Assembly: GCA_964627045.1 (NCBI GenBank)
Contig: CAZVIK010000001.1
Location: 14,902-78,901, forward strand
Reading direction: 5' to 3'
From: an uncultured Solibacteraceae bacterium
GTDB lineage: Bacteria; Acidobacteriota; Terriglobia; Bryobacterales; Bryobacteraceae
Length of the DNA: 64,000 bases
Position 1 is the stretch's first letter. Every line of letters starts with the position of its first letter. The translations under genes were made by a program, and so were the position numbers. Shown one piece after another: positions 28,001 through 36,478 of the stretch. Under the pieces are notes generated by a model, which had not been told where the DNA came from, ran no database searches, and worked only from the letters and a program-made list of their open reading frames with translations.

Positions 28001-28759
28001 ATGGGCAGCACTAATGGACTGAGTCCCACCACCGATAGCAGATCGCAAACCGACCGCGTGGCTATGACGCTGCGCGAAATGTTGTTGCGGGGAGAGTTTC
28101 GCCCCGGCGAGCGCCTGGCCGAGTTGACGCTGGTTCCGATGTTAAAGGCCTCCCGGACGCCGGTGCGCCTGGCCCTGGAACGGCTTTCCCACCAAGGACT
28201 GCTGGAAGCCCAGGTGACCGGCGGGTTCCGGGTCCGGGAATTCACCGTCAACGATATCTGGGACGCCATCGAAGTTCGCGGCGTTCTCGAAGGTACCGCC
28301 GCGCGCCTGGCGGCCGAACGGCTCGGGAGCCCCGACGAACTGGAAGGCTTGAAGGCGTCCTGCGCCAGGCTCGGGCAAATCACAATGAACAGCCCCGAAA
28401 GCTTTGTGCTCTACCTGGAAGAGAACGGGGTCTTCCACCAGGCGCTGTGGCGGCTGTCGAAGAGCCAGATGCTGTTGAACGCGCTGGAGGCGGTCTGCAA
28501 CCTGCCGTTCGCCGAACCCGGCGCGCTGGTGTTCTTCGGAATCAACGGAGCCGAAGCGGCCGACTCGATTCATGCCACGATGGCCTCGGAGCACCACCGC
28601 AACCTGGTGGAGGCGATCGAGAGCCGTGAAGGTACCCGCGCGGAGTTCCTCGCCCGGGAACATTCCCGGATGGCGCGGCACAACCTTGGCCGTGCGCTTC
28701 GCGACTCCGAGTTGTTCCGGCGCGTCCCCGGGTCTTCCCTCGTGGTGAAGCCCGAATAG
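28001..28759 (+). CDS. GntR family transcriptional regulator (FadR/FCD subfamily)
   Basis: Has an N-terminal winged helix-turn-helix (GERLAELTLVPMLKASRTPVRLALERLSHQGLL) and an all-helical FCD-like C-terminal ligand domain. Confidence 0.85.
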   Translation: MGSTNGLSPTTDSRSQTDRVAMTLREMLLRGEFRPGERLAELTLVPMLKASRTPVRLALERLSHQGLLEAQVTGGFRVREFTVNDIWDAIEVRGVLEGTAARLAAERLGSPDELEGLKASCARLGQITMNSPESFVLYLEENGVFHQALWRLSKSQMLLNALEAVCNLPFAEPGALVFFGINGAEAADSIHATMASEHHRNLVEAIESREGTRAEFLAREHSRMARHNLGRALRDSELFRRVPGSSLVVKPE

Positions 28760-28874
28760 CCGGTTCGGAGCGGTGTGACCACTGCGACGCGGGGCGGCTC
28801 GGCCCTCCGGCGCACGTCCGCGCCCGTCCATGTCCCGGCCGATCATGGCTGACGACTGACGCACGCCACATCGA

Positions 28875-28897
28875 ATTAGTTGTTGATGTAAACTAAT
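28875..28897. promoter_or_regulatory. perfect 7-bp inverted repeat ATTAGTT-N9-AACTAAT (candidate GntR operator/promoter)
   Basis: It is the only AT-rich stretch in the 240-nt GC-rich intergenic region between the GntR gene and the GH55-like gene. The arms contain the GT...AC core typical of GntR/FadR-family operators. Confidence 0.35.
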
Positions 28898-28999
28898 GAG
28901 CTGAAGGCGTCCGGCTGTCCCCGCGGCGACGGCTCCCCGCGTCCCGTCGCGCCCGGCTCCGGGATGGTCGGCCATCGCCGAGTGCTTAAGGAGATCATC

Positions 29000-31969
29000 G
29001 TGTTCAAGTTTGGCGTGTCCATCATCGCTCTTCTGGTTAATACGGTCTGTGCGGAGGCGGCCTCCTACTACACGGCGCGTCCCGACGACCCCCAAGCCGT
29101 CTATCTGGCGCCGGGGGTGAATGGCGTCCGCGGCGACGGTGCGGCCGACGACAGCGACGCGATCCAAAAGGCGATCGACCAAGTGCAGGAAACCTCCGGC
29201 CTGGGCGTCGTCTTCCTGGCCGAAGGCCGTTACCGGCTCGGCAAGACGATCAATGTGTGGCCGGGCATCCGGGTCTTCGGATACGGCGAATCGCGGCCGG
29301 TACTGGTGCTGGCGCCCAACACCCCCGGCTACCAGGACAGGTCCCGTGAGAGATACATGGTGTTCTTCGCCGGGCGGCGGCCGGCGGCGGGAGGGCGCGG
29401 CGGACCCGCCGGCGCTCCAGGCGCGCCCGCGCGCGGCGGTGATTCCGACAGGCTTCCGGACTCCGGCGCAGGGACTTTCTACTCCGCGATGAGCAACATC
29501 GATCTTGAGATCGGCGACGGTAACCCGGGCGCGGTGGGCGTGCGTGGAACCTACGCCCAGCACTCGTTCCTGGCGCACATGGATTTCCGGATCGGGCAGG
29601 GCATCGCGGGGGTCCATGACACGGGCAACGTCATGGAGGACGTCCGTTTCTACGGCGGAGCCTACGGCATCTGGACCAGGACGCCGTCCCCGAGTTGGCA
29701 ATTCACGGCCGTGGACGCCTACTTCGAAGGACAGCGCGAAGCCGCCATTCGGGAGACGGCGGCCGGGCTGACGCTGGTGCGCCCGCACTTCCGCAAGGTC
29801 CCCACCGCGGTTTCCGTCGACTCCGGCGCCCACGACGAACTCTGGATCAAGGACGGACGCCTCGAAGAGATCTCCGGCCCGGCGATCGTCCTGGGTCTGG
29901 AGAACGTCCCGCGCAATGAGATCAACATGGAGAACGTGGTTTGCCGGTCGGTTCCCGTGTTTGCGTCCTTTCCGAGCGGCCGGAGGGTCGCCGGTCCCGC
30001 CGGGATGTACGAAGTCAAGGTCTTCTCGCACGGGTATCATTACGCCGATCTCGGCGCGGCCCCGGCGATGAGGGATATCTTCGAGGCGTCGGCGCTCGCG
30101 TCCATGCCGGCTCCCGCGCCCTCGGACCTGACGCCGCTGCCACCTATGAGCACTTGGGTGAACATACGGTCGCTTGGGGCCAAGGGCGATGGAAAGACCG
30201 ACGACACCGAGGTGTTCCGCAAGGCGCTGGCGGCCCACCGGGCCATCTACCTGCCGCAGGGCTATTACATCATCAGCGACACGTTGGTCTTGCGGCCCGA
30301 TACGGCGCTGATCGGCATGCACCCGAGCACCACGCAGATCGACTTGCTGGACCGCACGCCGGCCTTCCAAGGCGTGGACGGGCCCAAACCGATGATCGAA
30401 GCGCCCAAGGGCGGCGCCAACATCATGATCGGCCTCGGTGTCTACACCAACGGAATCAATCCGCGCGCCGTGGGCGTGAAGTGGATGTCCGGCAAGGACT
30501 CTCTGATGAACGACGTCCGCTTCCACGGCGGCCACGGGACTCCTCCGATCGGCGGCGGCCGGGCCAACCCCTACAACAACAACCGCACGGCCGACCCGGA
30601 CGCCAGCCGCCGCTGGGACAGCCAGTATCCCAGCCTGTGGGTCACCGACGGCGGCGGCGGAACGTTCTTTGACATCTGGACGCCGAGTTCCTTCGCGCAG
30701 GCCGGCATGCTGATCACAAACACCGCCACCGAAGGGCGAGTCTACGAGATGTCGAGCGAGCACCACGTCCGCTATGAGGTGCAGTTGCGCAACGTTTCCA
30801 ACTGGAAGTTCTACGCGCTTCAAACCGAGGAGGAGCGCGGCGAGGGCGGCTACGCGCTGCCCCTGGAGATCGATTCCTCCAGTAACATCACCGTGGCCAA
30901 TTTTCACATTTACCGGGTAATCAGCTCGTTCCAGCCGTTTCCGTGGGCCATCAAGGTTGTTAACTCTAAGGACATCCGCTTCCGGAACATCCACTGCTAC
31001 AGCAATAGCAAAGTCAGTTTCGATGCTGCGGTCTACGACCAAACCCACAACGTGGAGATCCGGCAGCGCGAGTTCGCGTGGCTTACCATTTCCGGGAACC
31101 CGCCCAAGCCGGCCGCGAAGAAGGCCACGCCGGTGGTGGCGGCCGGCGCCAAGGTGGAGAGATTGGCCGGCGGCTTCTTCAACATCTCGGGCGGCGCGGT
31201 GCATCCCTCGGGCGACCTTTTCTTCGTGGACGCCAAGTGGCATCGCATCTATCGATGGAGCGCCGCTGCACGGCGGCTGTCTACGGTGCGCGAAAGCCCT
31301 CTCGACCCGGTCAATCTGGCCATCGACAAGGCCGGAAATGTCATGGTCGTCTCTTACGAAGGGAAGGGAATCGTCTATGCGTTTAACCCGGACGCGGCGA
31401 ACCTCGACGTCAAGATTCTTCCCGCTGTTGCCGCCGCGCCGCGCCCAGGTATGACCCCCTACTATCCGGTGGGCGACTGGAGTTTCGACGGCGGTTCCGG
31501 GAGCATGGCTCCGGCGAAACGAGCCTGGCACTTCCTATCTCCGGATGGGACCACTTACATCGCTTCCGGCGAAGACTTTGCCTCGGGTGCACTAAGTTGG
31601 GGGATCAAGAGTGCCGACTTGGTGCGCGGCTTCGGCCTGGCGCCGGGGATTCCCGGCAAGCCGTTCTACTACACGACCGAGGCGCAGACCGTGACCGGTG
31701 TGGGCGCCATGGGTGAAGACGGGAATCTCCAGGACTTCAAGCCCTTCGTCCACCAGGGCGGCGACGGACTCGCCGTGGACAGCGAGGGCAACGTTTACCT
31801 GGCAGACGGCCAAATCAGCGTTTACAGCCCCTCTGGCAAGTTGATTGACGTGATCGAGGTCGCGGAGCGGCCCACACAACTGGTGTTCGGCGGCAAGGAT
31901 GGGCGGACGCTGTTCATCCTGGCGCGAAGCTCGCTCTACGCGGTCCGGACAAAAGCGAGGGGCCGGTAA
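29000..31969 (+). CDS. GH55-like pectate-lyase-superfamily beta-helix protein fused to an SMP-30/gluconolactonase-like beta-propeller, secreted
   Basis: The GTG at 29000 has AAGGAG 6 nt upstream and is followed by a signal peptide. There are two pectate_lyase_3-type starts (GDGAADDSDAIQKAID; GAKGDGKTDDTEVFRKAL), as in GH55. The C-terminal ~280 aa show SMP-30/LRE signatures (GGDGLAVDSEGNVYLAD, FGGKDGRTLFI). Confidence 0.8.
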   Translation: MFKFGVSIIALLVNTVCAEAASYYTARPDDPQAVYLAPGVNGVRGDGAADDSDAIQKAIDQVQETSGLGVVFLAEGRYRLGKTINVWPGIRVFGYGESRPVLVLAPNTPGYQDRSRERYMVFFAGRRPAAGGRGGPAGAPGAPARGGDSDRLPDSGAGTFYSAMSNIDLEIGDGNPGAVGVRGTYAQHSFLAHMDFRIGQGIAGVHDTGNVMEDVRFYGGAYGIWTRTPSPSWQFTAVDAYFEGQREAAIRETAAGLTLVRPHFRKVPTAVSVDSGAHDELWIKDGRLEEISGPAIVLGLENVPRNEINMENVVCRSVPVFASFPSGRRVAGPAGMYEVKVFSHGYHYADLGAAPAMRDIFEASALASMPAPAPSDLTPLPPMSTWVNIRSLGAKGDGKTDDTEVFRKALAAHRAIYLPQGYYIISDTLVLRPDTALIGMHPSTTQIDLLDRTPAFQGVDGPKPMIEAPKGGANIMIGLGVYTNGINPRAVGVKWMSGKDSLMNDVRFHGGHGTPPIGGGRANPYNNNRTADPDASRRWDSQYPSLWVTDGGGGTFFDIWTPSSFAQAGMLITNTATEGRVYEMSSEHHVRYEVQLRNVSNWKFYALQTEEERGEGGYALPLEIDSSSNITVANFHIYRVISSFQPFPWAIKVVNSKDIRFRNIHCYSNSKVSFDAAVYDQTHNVEIRQREFAWLTISGNPPKPAAKKATPVVAAGAKVERLAGGFFNISGGAVHPSGDLFFVDAKWHRIYRWSAAARRLSTVRESPLDPVNLAIDKAGNVMVVSYEGKGIVYAFNPDAANLDVKILPAVAAAPRPGMTPYYPVGDWSFDGGSGSMAPAKRAWHFLSPDGTTYIASGEDFASGALSWGIKSADLVRGFGLAPGIPGKPFYYTTEAQTVTGVGAMGEDGNLQDFKPFVHQGGDGLAVDSEGNVYLADGQISVYSPSGKLIDVIEVAERPTQLVFGGKDGRTLFILARSSLYAVRTKARGR

Positions 31970-32017
31970 ACACCGGCCCCTGGCCCATGATTTCTGCGCG
32001 CGCCACGGCGCGGGAAA

Positions 32018-33175
32018 TCAAAAACCGCTCGGACGCACCCAGAAGCTCTCTTGCCACACCCCCCCGGCGGGAATGCTCTGGAGGTCCTTGTACAAGCCCT
32101 TGTGCGCCAGGTTGGTGGCGTTGGTGATGCCGGCCATCGGCTCGAAACAGATGAAGTTGCGGTTCTGCATCATCCCGCCGCCCCCTGGGCCACGTCCCTG
32201 GGCGCCCTGTGGAGGTGCCCCCGCGGGTGGGCCGCCCGGCGCACCGGCCGGAGGTCCCCCCGGTCCGCGTCCGGCCGCTGGTGCCGCGCTCGGATTCGGC
32301 GCGTAGATGACCGAGGCGCGGTAATTGGGGCCATAGACGACATCCAGCCGCTGGCTTTTTCCCTTCACCGACATCACCGCGTTTCCCGTAGCATCGCGCA
32401 CCAGGTCGCCGAATACATGGTCCAGGTCGTAGTCCTTCAGTGCGATCGCCTGCGGGTTGGGGAAGAACCTCTCAATCGGCCGGGTCTCGCCCGTGGGGAC
32501 TTTTTCCGGAGCCAACAGCCACTCGGTCCGCGCGCCCACCGAAACCGTCCATTCATCGCGCGGCGAATCGGTCAACTGGAAGTAGGGGTGGTAGCCGACG
32601 GCCACGGGCATCGGTTCCGCGCTTAGGTTCTCGATACGCGTGCGTACCTCGAGCACGCCCCCTTGCAGGCGGTGTGTGATCTCGATGGTGTGTGCGAAGG
32701 GCCATTGCGCCATCCAGGAGGGCTGCCGCCAGAACTCCAGCCGGCAGGTGACCCACGCCGCCTGGCTGTCCGACTTCGCCTCCACCACCGTCCATTCGGA
32801 GGTCGAAGTCAGGAACCCGTGCATCGGAATGTTGCCGCGCACGTTGCCGAGGCCCATGTTGAAGGTGTATTTCTTGCCGTTGGCGTAGAACGCCTGTTCG
32901 TCCAGCCGGTTGGCCCACGGCGCCAGGAAAGGAGTGCCGGCCATCCCGGGGCGCTTCAGGAATTCCTCCAGCGACGCGGCCGGGAACCGGAACACGTTCT
33001 GCCCCTTCACCATCATTTCGATGGCCTGGTTGCCGGCGGCGGGCACAACTGTGACTGTGGTCTGCGCGGCGGCGTCGCGCAACCGCACGACGGCGCCTTC
33101 GCGCTCCACCGAGTATTGGCCCAGGGCGGGCAGCGTCAGCGCCAAGACAAGCATTGACAGAATGGCAAGCCGCAT
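32018..33175 (-). CDS. aldose 1-epimerase (galactose mutarotase-like) family protein, secreted
   Basis: ATG at 33175 with AAGGAGG SD, followed by a signal peptide. Carries mutarotase blocks (IPMHGF, VAVGYHPYFQL, FICFEPMAG). It carries a G/P-rich insertion before the FICFEP block. Confidence 0.8.
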   Translation of the reverse strand: MRLAILSMLVLALTLPALGQYSVEREGAVVRLRDAAAQTTVTVVPAAGNQAIEMMVKGQNVFRFPAASLEEFLKRPGMAGTPFLAPWANRLDEQAFYANGKKYTFNMGLGNVRGNIPMHGFLTSTSEWTVVEAKSDSQAAWVTCRLEFWRQPSWMAQWPFAHTIEITHRLQGGVLEVRTRIENLSAEPMPVAVGYHPYFQLTDSPRDEWTVSVGARTEWLLAPEKVPTGETRPIERFFPNPQAIALKDYDLDHVFGDLVRDATGNAVMSVKGKSQRLDVVYGPNYRASVIYAPNPSAAPAAGRGPGGPPAGAPGGPPAGAPPQGAQGRGPGGGGMMQNRNFICFEPMAGITNATNLAHKGLYKDLQSIPAGGVWQESFWVRPSGF

Positions 33176-33272
33176 GAAGATCCTCCTTACGACATTGTGA
33201 AGCTGTATCATACCCAACGCGGCGAACCGGCAACAAGTACTGCATCCGTTGCGCGAGATTGCGGGTATGCTC

Positions 33273-33281
33273 TGCTATAAT
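33273..33281 (+). promoter_or_regulatory. extended -10 promoter element (TGCTATAAT) upstream of the ABC operon
   Basis: Exact match to the extended -10 consensus TGnTATAAT, in the divergent intergenic region, 24 nt before the ATG at 33305 and 57 nt before the GTG at 33338. Confidence 0.4.
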
Positions 33282-33304
33282 CGCGTTTCTGAGATCCGGC
33301 TTCC

Positions 33305-34114
33305 ATGTGCGGGAGCGGCGGACGCGAGGGGGTGGCGGTGAGGTGGTGTTGCGCCGGTCTGGAAGTCAGCTTCCCCACGAACAACGGGCGCGTTGAGGCG
33401 ATCAAAGGACTGTCTTTGCACACCGGTTCCGGCGAGTTCTTGTCCGTCGTCGGCCCCAGCGGCTGCGGCAAGACGACGCTCCTGAAGACGCTCGCGGGGA
33501 TGATCCCGTATCAAGCCGGGACGATCGACCGGATCCCGTGCCCGGAAGACCGCAACGACCTGGCGCTGCTGGTGTACCAGGAGAACAGCCTGTTCCCTTG
33601 GATGACGGTTCTGGACAATGCCACCTTCGGGCTGCGGATGCGCGGCGTCGATCGCTCCGAACGCGAAGAGCGGGCCATGGTCTTGCTACGCCGGTTTGGC
33701 TTCCAGGGCCGCGAGCGAGTCTACCCAAGAGAACTGTCGCTCGGCATGAAGCAGCGGGTGGCGGTCATCCGTTGTTTCCTCAGCGATCCCTCGGCGATGT
33801 TGATGGACGAACCGTTCGCCGCCCTGGACTATCAGAACCGGCTGGCCTTGCACCGCGAGTTACTGGAGTTGTGGGAACAGGACCATAAGACGGTCGTCTT
33901 TGTGACCCACGACATCGAGGAGGCCATCGTCCTGAGCGACCGCATCGTCGTGCTTTCACGTCAACCGGCCAAGGTGGTGGCTGAGTTGAAGGTCCCCTTC
34001 GGGCGTCCGCGCGATCCCGCCGTCGTCCTGGAGGAGGAATTCCTGGTTTTGAAGCGGCGTGTTTGGGCGGCTCTCGGGCAACATGCCGACATCGGCGCCG
34101 TGGGGCGGGCATGA
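33305..34114 (+). CDS. ABC transporter ATP-binding protein (NitT/TauT-type)
   Basis: Has Walker A GPSGCGKTT, Q-loop, a variant signature LSLGMKQRV, Walker B LMDEPFAALD and H-loop VTHDIEEA. An alternative start is the GTG at 33338, 6 nt after GAGGGG. Confidence 0.9.
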   Translation: MCGSGGREGVAVRWCCAGLEVSFPTNNGRVEAIKGLSLHTGSGEFLSVVGPSGCGKTTLLKTLAGMIPYQAGTIDRIPCPEDRNDLALLVYQENSLFPWMTVLDNATFGLRMRGVDRSEREERAMVLLRRFGFQGRERVYPRELSLGMKQRVAVIRCFLSDPSAMLMDEPFAALDYQNRLALHRELLELWEQDHKTVVFVTHDIEEAIVLSDRIVVLSRQPAKVVAELKVPFGRPRDPAVVLEEEFLVLKRRVWAALGQHADIGAVGRA

Positions 34115-34887
34115 TTTCGCCGGCGCTTTGGAAGCGGATTGCGTTGGGCTTGTGGGCTCCGTTGCTCGTGCTCGCCTGCTGGCAATTTGCCGTGCGCTGG
34201 GGAATGCTGGATCCGTTGTTCTTTCCTCCCCCTTCGGAACTGGTGGGGGTCGGCCTGAAGATGGTAACCAGCGGCGAGTTGCCCGGGCATGTGCAGGCCA
34301 CTCTCGTCCGTTCCCTCGGCGGGTTTGCCATTGGAGCGATATCCGGCCTTTGCTTTGGGCTTGTCATGGGCGCGTCGCGGCGGCTGCGCCAGTCCGCCGA
34401 GCCACTGTTGTCGGCATTGTTCGCCACGCCGAAACTCAGCCTGTTCCCGATGCTGCTTCTCTTGTTGGGAGTGGGCGACGCCGCCAAGATCGCCTTGATC
34501 GCCCTGAGCACCTTTATTCTCGTCGCCTTCCACGCCCTTGATGCCGTGCTCAATGTCAACAAGGCCTACGCGGAGATGGCCGCCAATTATGGGGCGGGAA
34601 CCCGGGATCTGCTGCGCCACGTCTACCTGCCGGCGTGTTTGCCGCAGGTCTTCACGGGTTTGCGGCTGGCTCTGAGCCGTTCGTTGGTCTCGGCGATCTC
34701 CGTGGAATTAATCAGTGCGCAGGACGGTCTGGGCAGCCTCATCTGGATCTCCTGGCAGACTCTGGCGACCGAACGCCTCTACGTCGCCATCGTGACCTCG
34801 GCCGCGCTTGGGGTGCTGCTGCATCACGTACTACGCCGTCTGGAGGCCGCGTTGCTCCCCTGGAGAGGCCGCCATGCCGCCGCTTGA
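34111..34887 (+). CDS. ABC transporter permease (NitT/TauT-type, BPD_transp_1)
   Basis: ATGA overlap with the ATPase stop. 258 aa with about 6 TM segments and an EAA-like loop (NKAYAEMAANYGAGTRDLLRHVYLPA). Confidence 0.85.
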   Translation: MISPALWKRIALGLWAPLLVLACWQFAVRWGMLDPLFFPPPSELVGVGLKMVTSGELPGHVQATLVRSLGGFAIGAISGLCFGLVMGASRRLRQSAEPLLSALFATPKLSLFPMLLLLLGVGDAAKIALIALSTFILVAFHALDAVLNVNKAYAEMAANYGAGTRDLLRHVYLPACLPQVFTGLRLALSRSLVSAISVELISAQDGLGSLIWISWQTLATERLYVAIVTSAALGVLLHHVLRRLEAALLPWRGRHAAA

Positions 34888-36478
34888 CCGTGGCCTTTGG
34901 GAGAAGCTCGGCTACTACCGCCGCATGCTAACAGGCATGCGGGCGCTGCTGAAGAAGCCGCCGTATGCCGATCCGGAGGCGGTAATCCGCCACCAGTTTG
35001 CCCACCGGGAGGAGATCTGGCTTCGCCTGGTCGAACGTGTGGTGTTCGCCAATCCGGAGAACCCGTACCACCAGATGTTCCATTTGGCGGGTTGCACGCA
35101 CGGGGACCTGAGCGCCGCGGTATCCAAGGACGGCCTGGAATCGACTCTCGCCGCGCTGCATCGTGCGGGCGTGTATCTCACGCACGATGAGTTCAAGGGG
35201 CGGAAGCCAATCGTGCGCTCCAACCGCACCTTGGAAGCCAAGCCGGCATGGTACTTTAACCCACTCGTCAAGGGCGGCGGAATTGAGTCGACCAGCGGTG
35301 GGAGCCGCAGCCCCGGCACGCGGATCGGCGGCGCCATTCCCGCGCGCCTCTACGGGGAGGCTCGCCGCCGGCTGCGGTATCGGGAACTGGGGGTCGAGGA
35401 CTTCGAACAGGTGAGCGTCAAGGCCATCCTGCCCGCCGCCGACGGCCTGCTCGGATGCATCCTCGCATCGCGCGCCGGTATGCGGCAGGGGCCCTGGTTC
35501 TCCATTACCACCTCTTCGCTGGACGACGCGCATTACCGTTTCGCGACCAACTGCCTGGTGGCCCTGGCGCGCGCCCACGGGGAACAGGTGCCTTTTCCGG
35601 AGAGCCTGCCCTCCAACGATTATTCCCGCGTCTCCGCCTGGATTGCCGGACGCCGCCGCCAGGGGGTGCCCTCGGTGGTGTGCGCACACCCGAGTCCCGC
35701 CGCGCGTATAGCCGCGGCCGCGGCCGAAAACGGGCACGAGATCCAGGGAACCGTGTTCCTGGTTGGCGGCGAAGCGCTGACCGGCGCCCGGCGCCGGGTG
35801 ATCGAGTCGGCGGGCGCGAGCGTTTTCCCGAGCTATCCCATCAGCGAAGTTGGGGGCGTTGGCTCGGCCTGCCGCCAGATGACTTCGGGCAACTGCGTGC
35901 ACATCAGCGAGGATTCGATGGCCGTCATCAGCTACCGCCGGAAAGCGCCGCTGAGCGAGGCCGAGGTCGATTCGCTCCTGATGACCACGCTGGTGGAACA
36001 CGGCAACTGTGTGTTGATCAACGTTGAAATGGACGACTGCGGCGTGATTGAGCCGGCCACCTGCGATTGCCTCTACTCGCGGATCGGCTTCCGCCGCCGC
36101 ATCCGGGACATTGCCAGCTTCGGAAAACTTACCGGAATCGGCGTGACGCTGGTGGGGACCGACGTCATCCGGATTCTGGAAGAAACGCTCCCGTCGCGTT
36201 TTGGCGGAAGCGTAACCGATTATCAACTGGTGGAATGCGACGGCGGTGCACAGGCGCGGCTTCAACTCAGGGTCGGCCGGCGCGTGGCGGTCGCCTCGCT
36301 TGACGGCATCAAGGACTGTTTCCTTCGGGAGTTGCGCCAGTTCGAAGGCGGGGCGGGCGCCTCGCGGATCTGGCGCGACACCGGCGCGCTGGAGGTGGTC
36401 CACGAAGACCCGTTGGTCACCTTGCGCGGAAAGGTGCTCCCGTTACATCTCCTCGGGAGGCAGGAAAAGACGGCATGA
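34874..36478 (+). CDS. PaaK/coenzyme F390 synthetase-like adenylate-forming enzyme (putative, divergent)
   Basis: The ATG at 34874 overlaps the permease end by 14 nt. 534 aa with a degenerate ANL P-loop (STSGGSRSPGT) and a PaaK-like C-terminal subdomain pattern (SFGKLTGIGVTLVGTDVIRILEE). The coding call is strong; the functional call is tentative. Confidence 0.55.
   Translation: MPPLDRGLWEKLGYYRRMLTGMRALLKKPPYADPEAVIRHQFAHREEIWLRLVERVVFANPENPYHQMFHLAGCTHGDLSAAVSKDGLESTLAALHRAGVYLTHDEFKGRKPIVRSNRTLEAKPAWYFNPLVKGGGIESTSGGSRSPGTRIGGAIPARLYGEARRRLRYRELGVEDFEQVSVKAILPAADGLLGCILASRAGMRQGPWFSITTSSLDDAHYRFATNCLVALARAHGEQVPFPESLPSNDYSRVSAWIAGRRRQGVPSVVCAHPSPAARIAAAAAENGHEIQGTVFLVGGEALTGARRRVIESAGASVFPSYPISEVGGVGSACRQMTSGNCVHISEDSMAVISYRRKAPLSEAEVDSLLMTTLVEHGNCVLINVEMDDCGVIEPATCDCLYSRIGFRRRIRDIASFGKLTGIGVTLVGTDVIRILEETLPSRFGGSVTDYQLVECDGGAQARLQLRVGRRVAVASLDGIKDCFLRELRQFEGGAGASRIWRDTGALEVVHEDPLVTLRGKVLPLHLLGRQEKTA

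Noticed and set aside
28142-31531. 1129-aa ORF on the minus strand, the longest ORF in the window
   Set aside because: It is antisense to the GH55-like gene. Its translation is R/G/H/A/P-rich with no recognisable domain, typical of shadow ORFs in high-GC DNA. The plus-strand product has a signal peptide and clear domain motifs.
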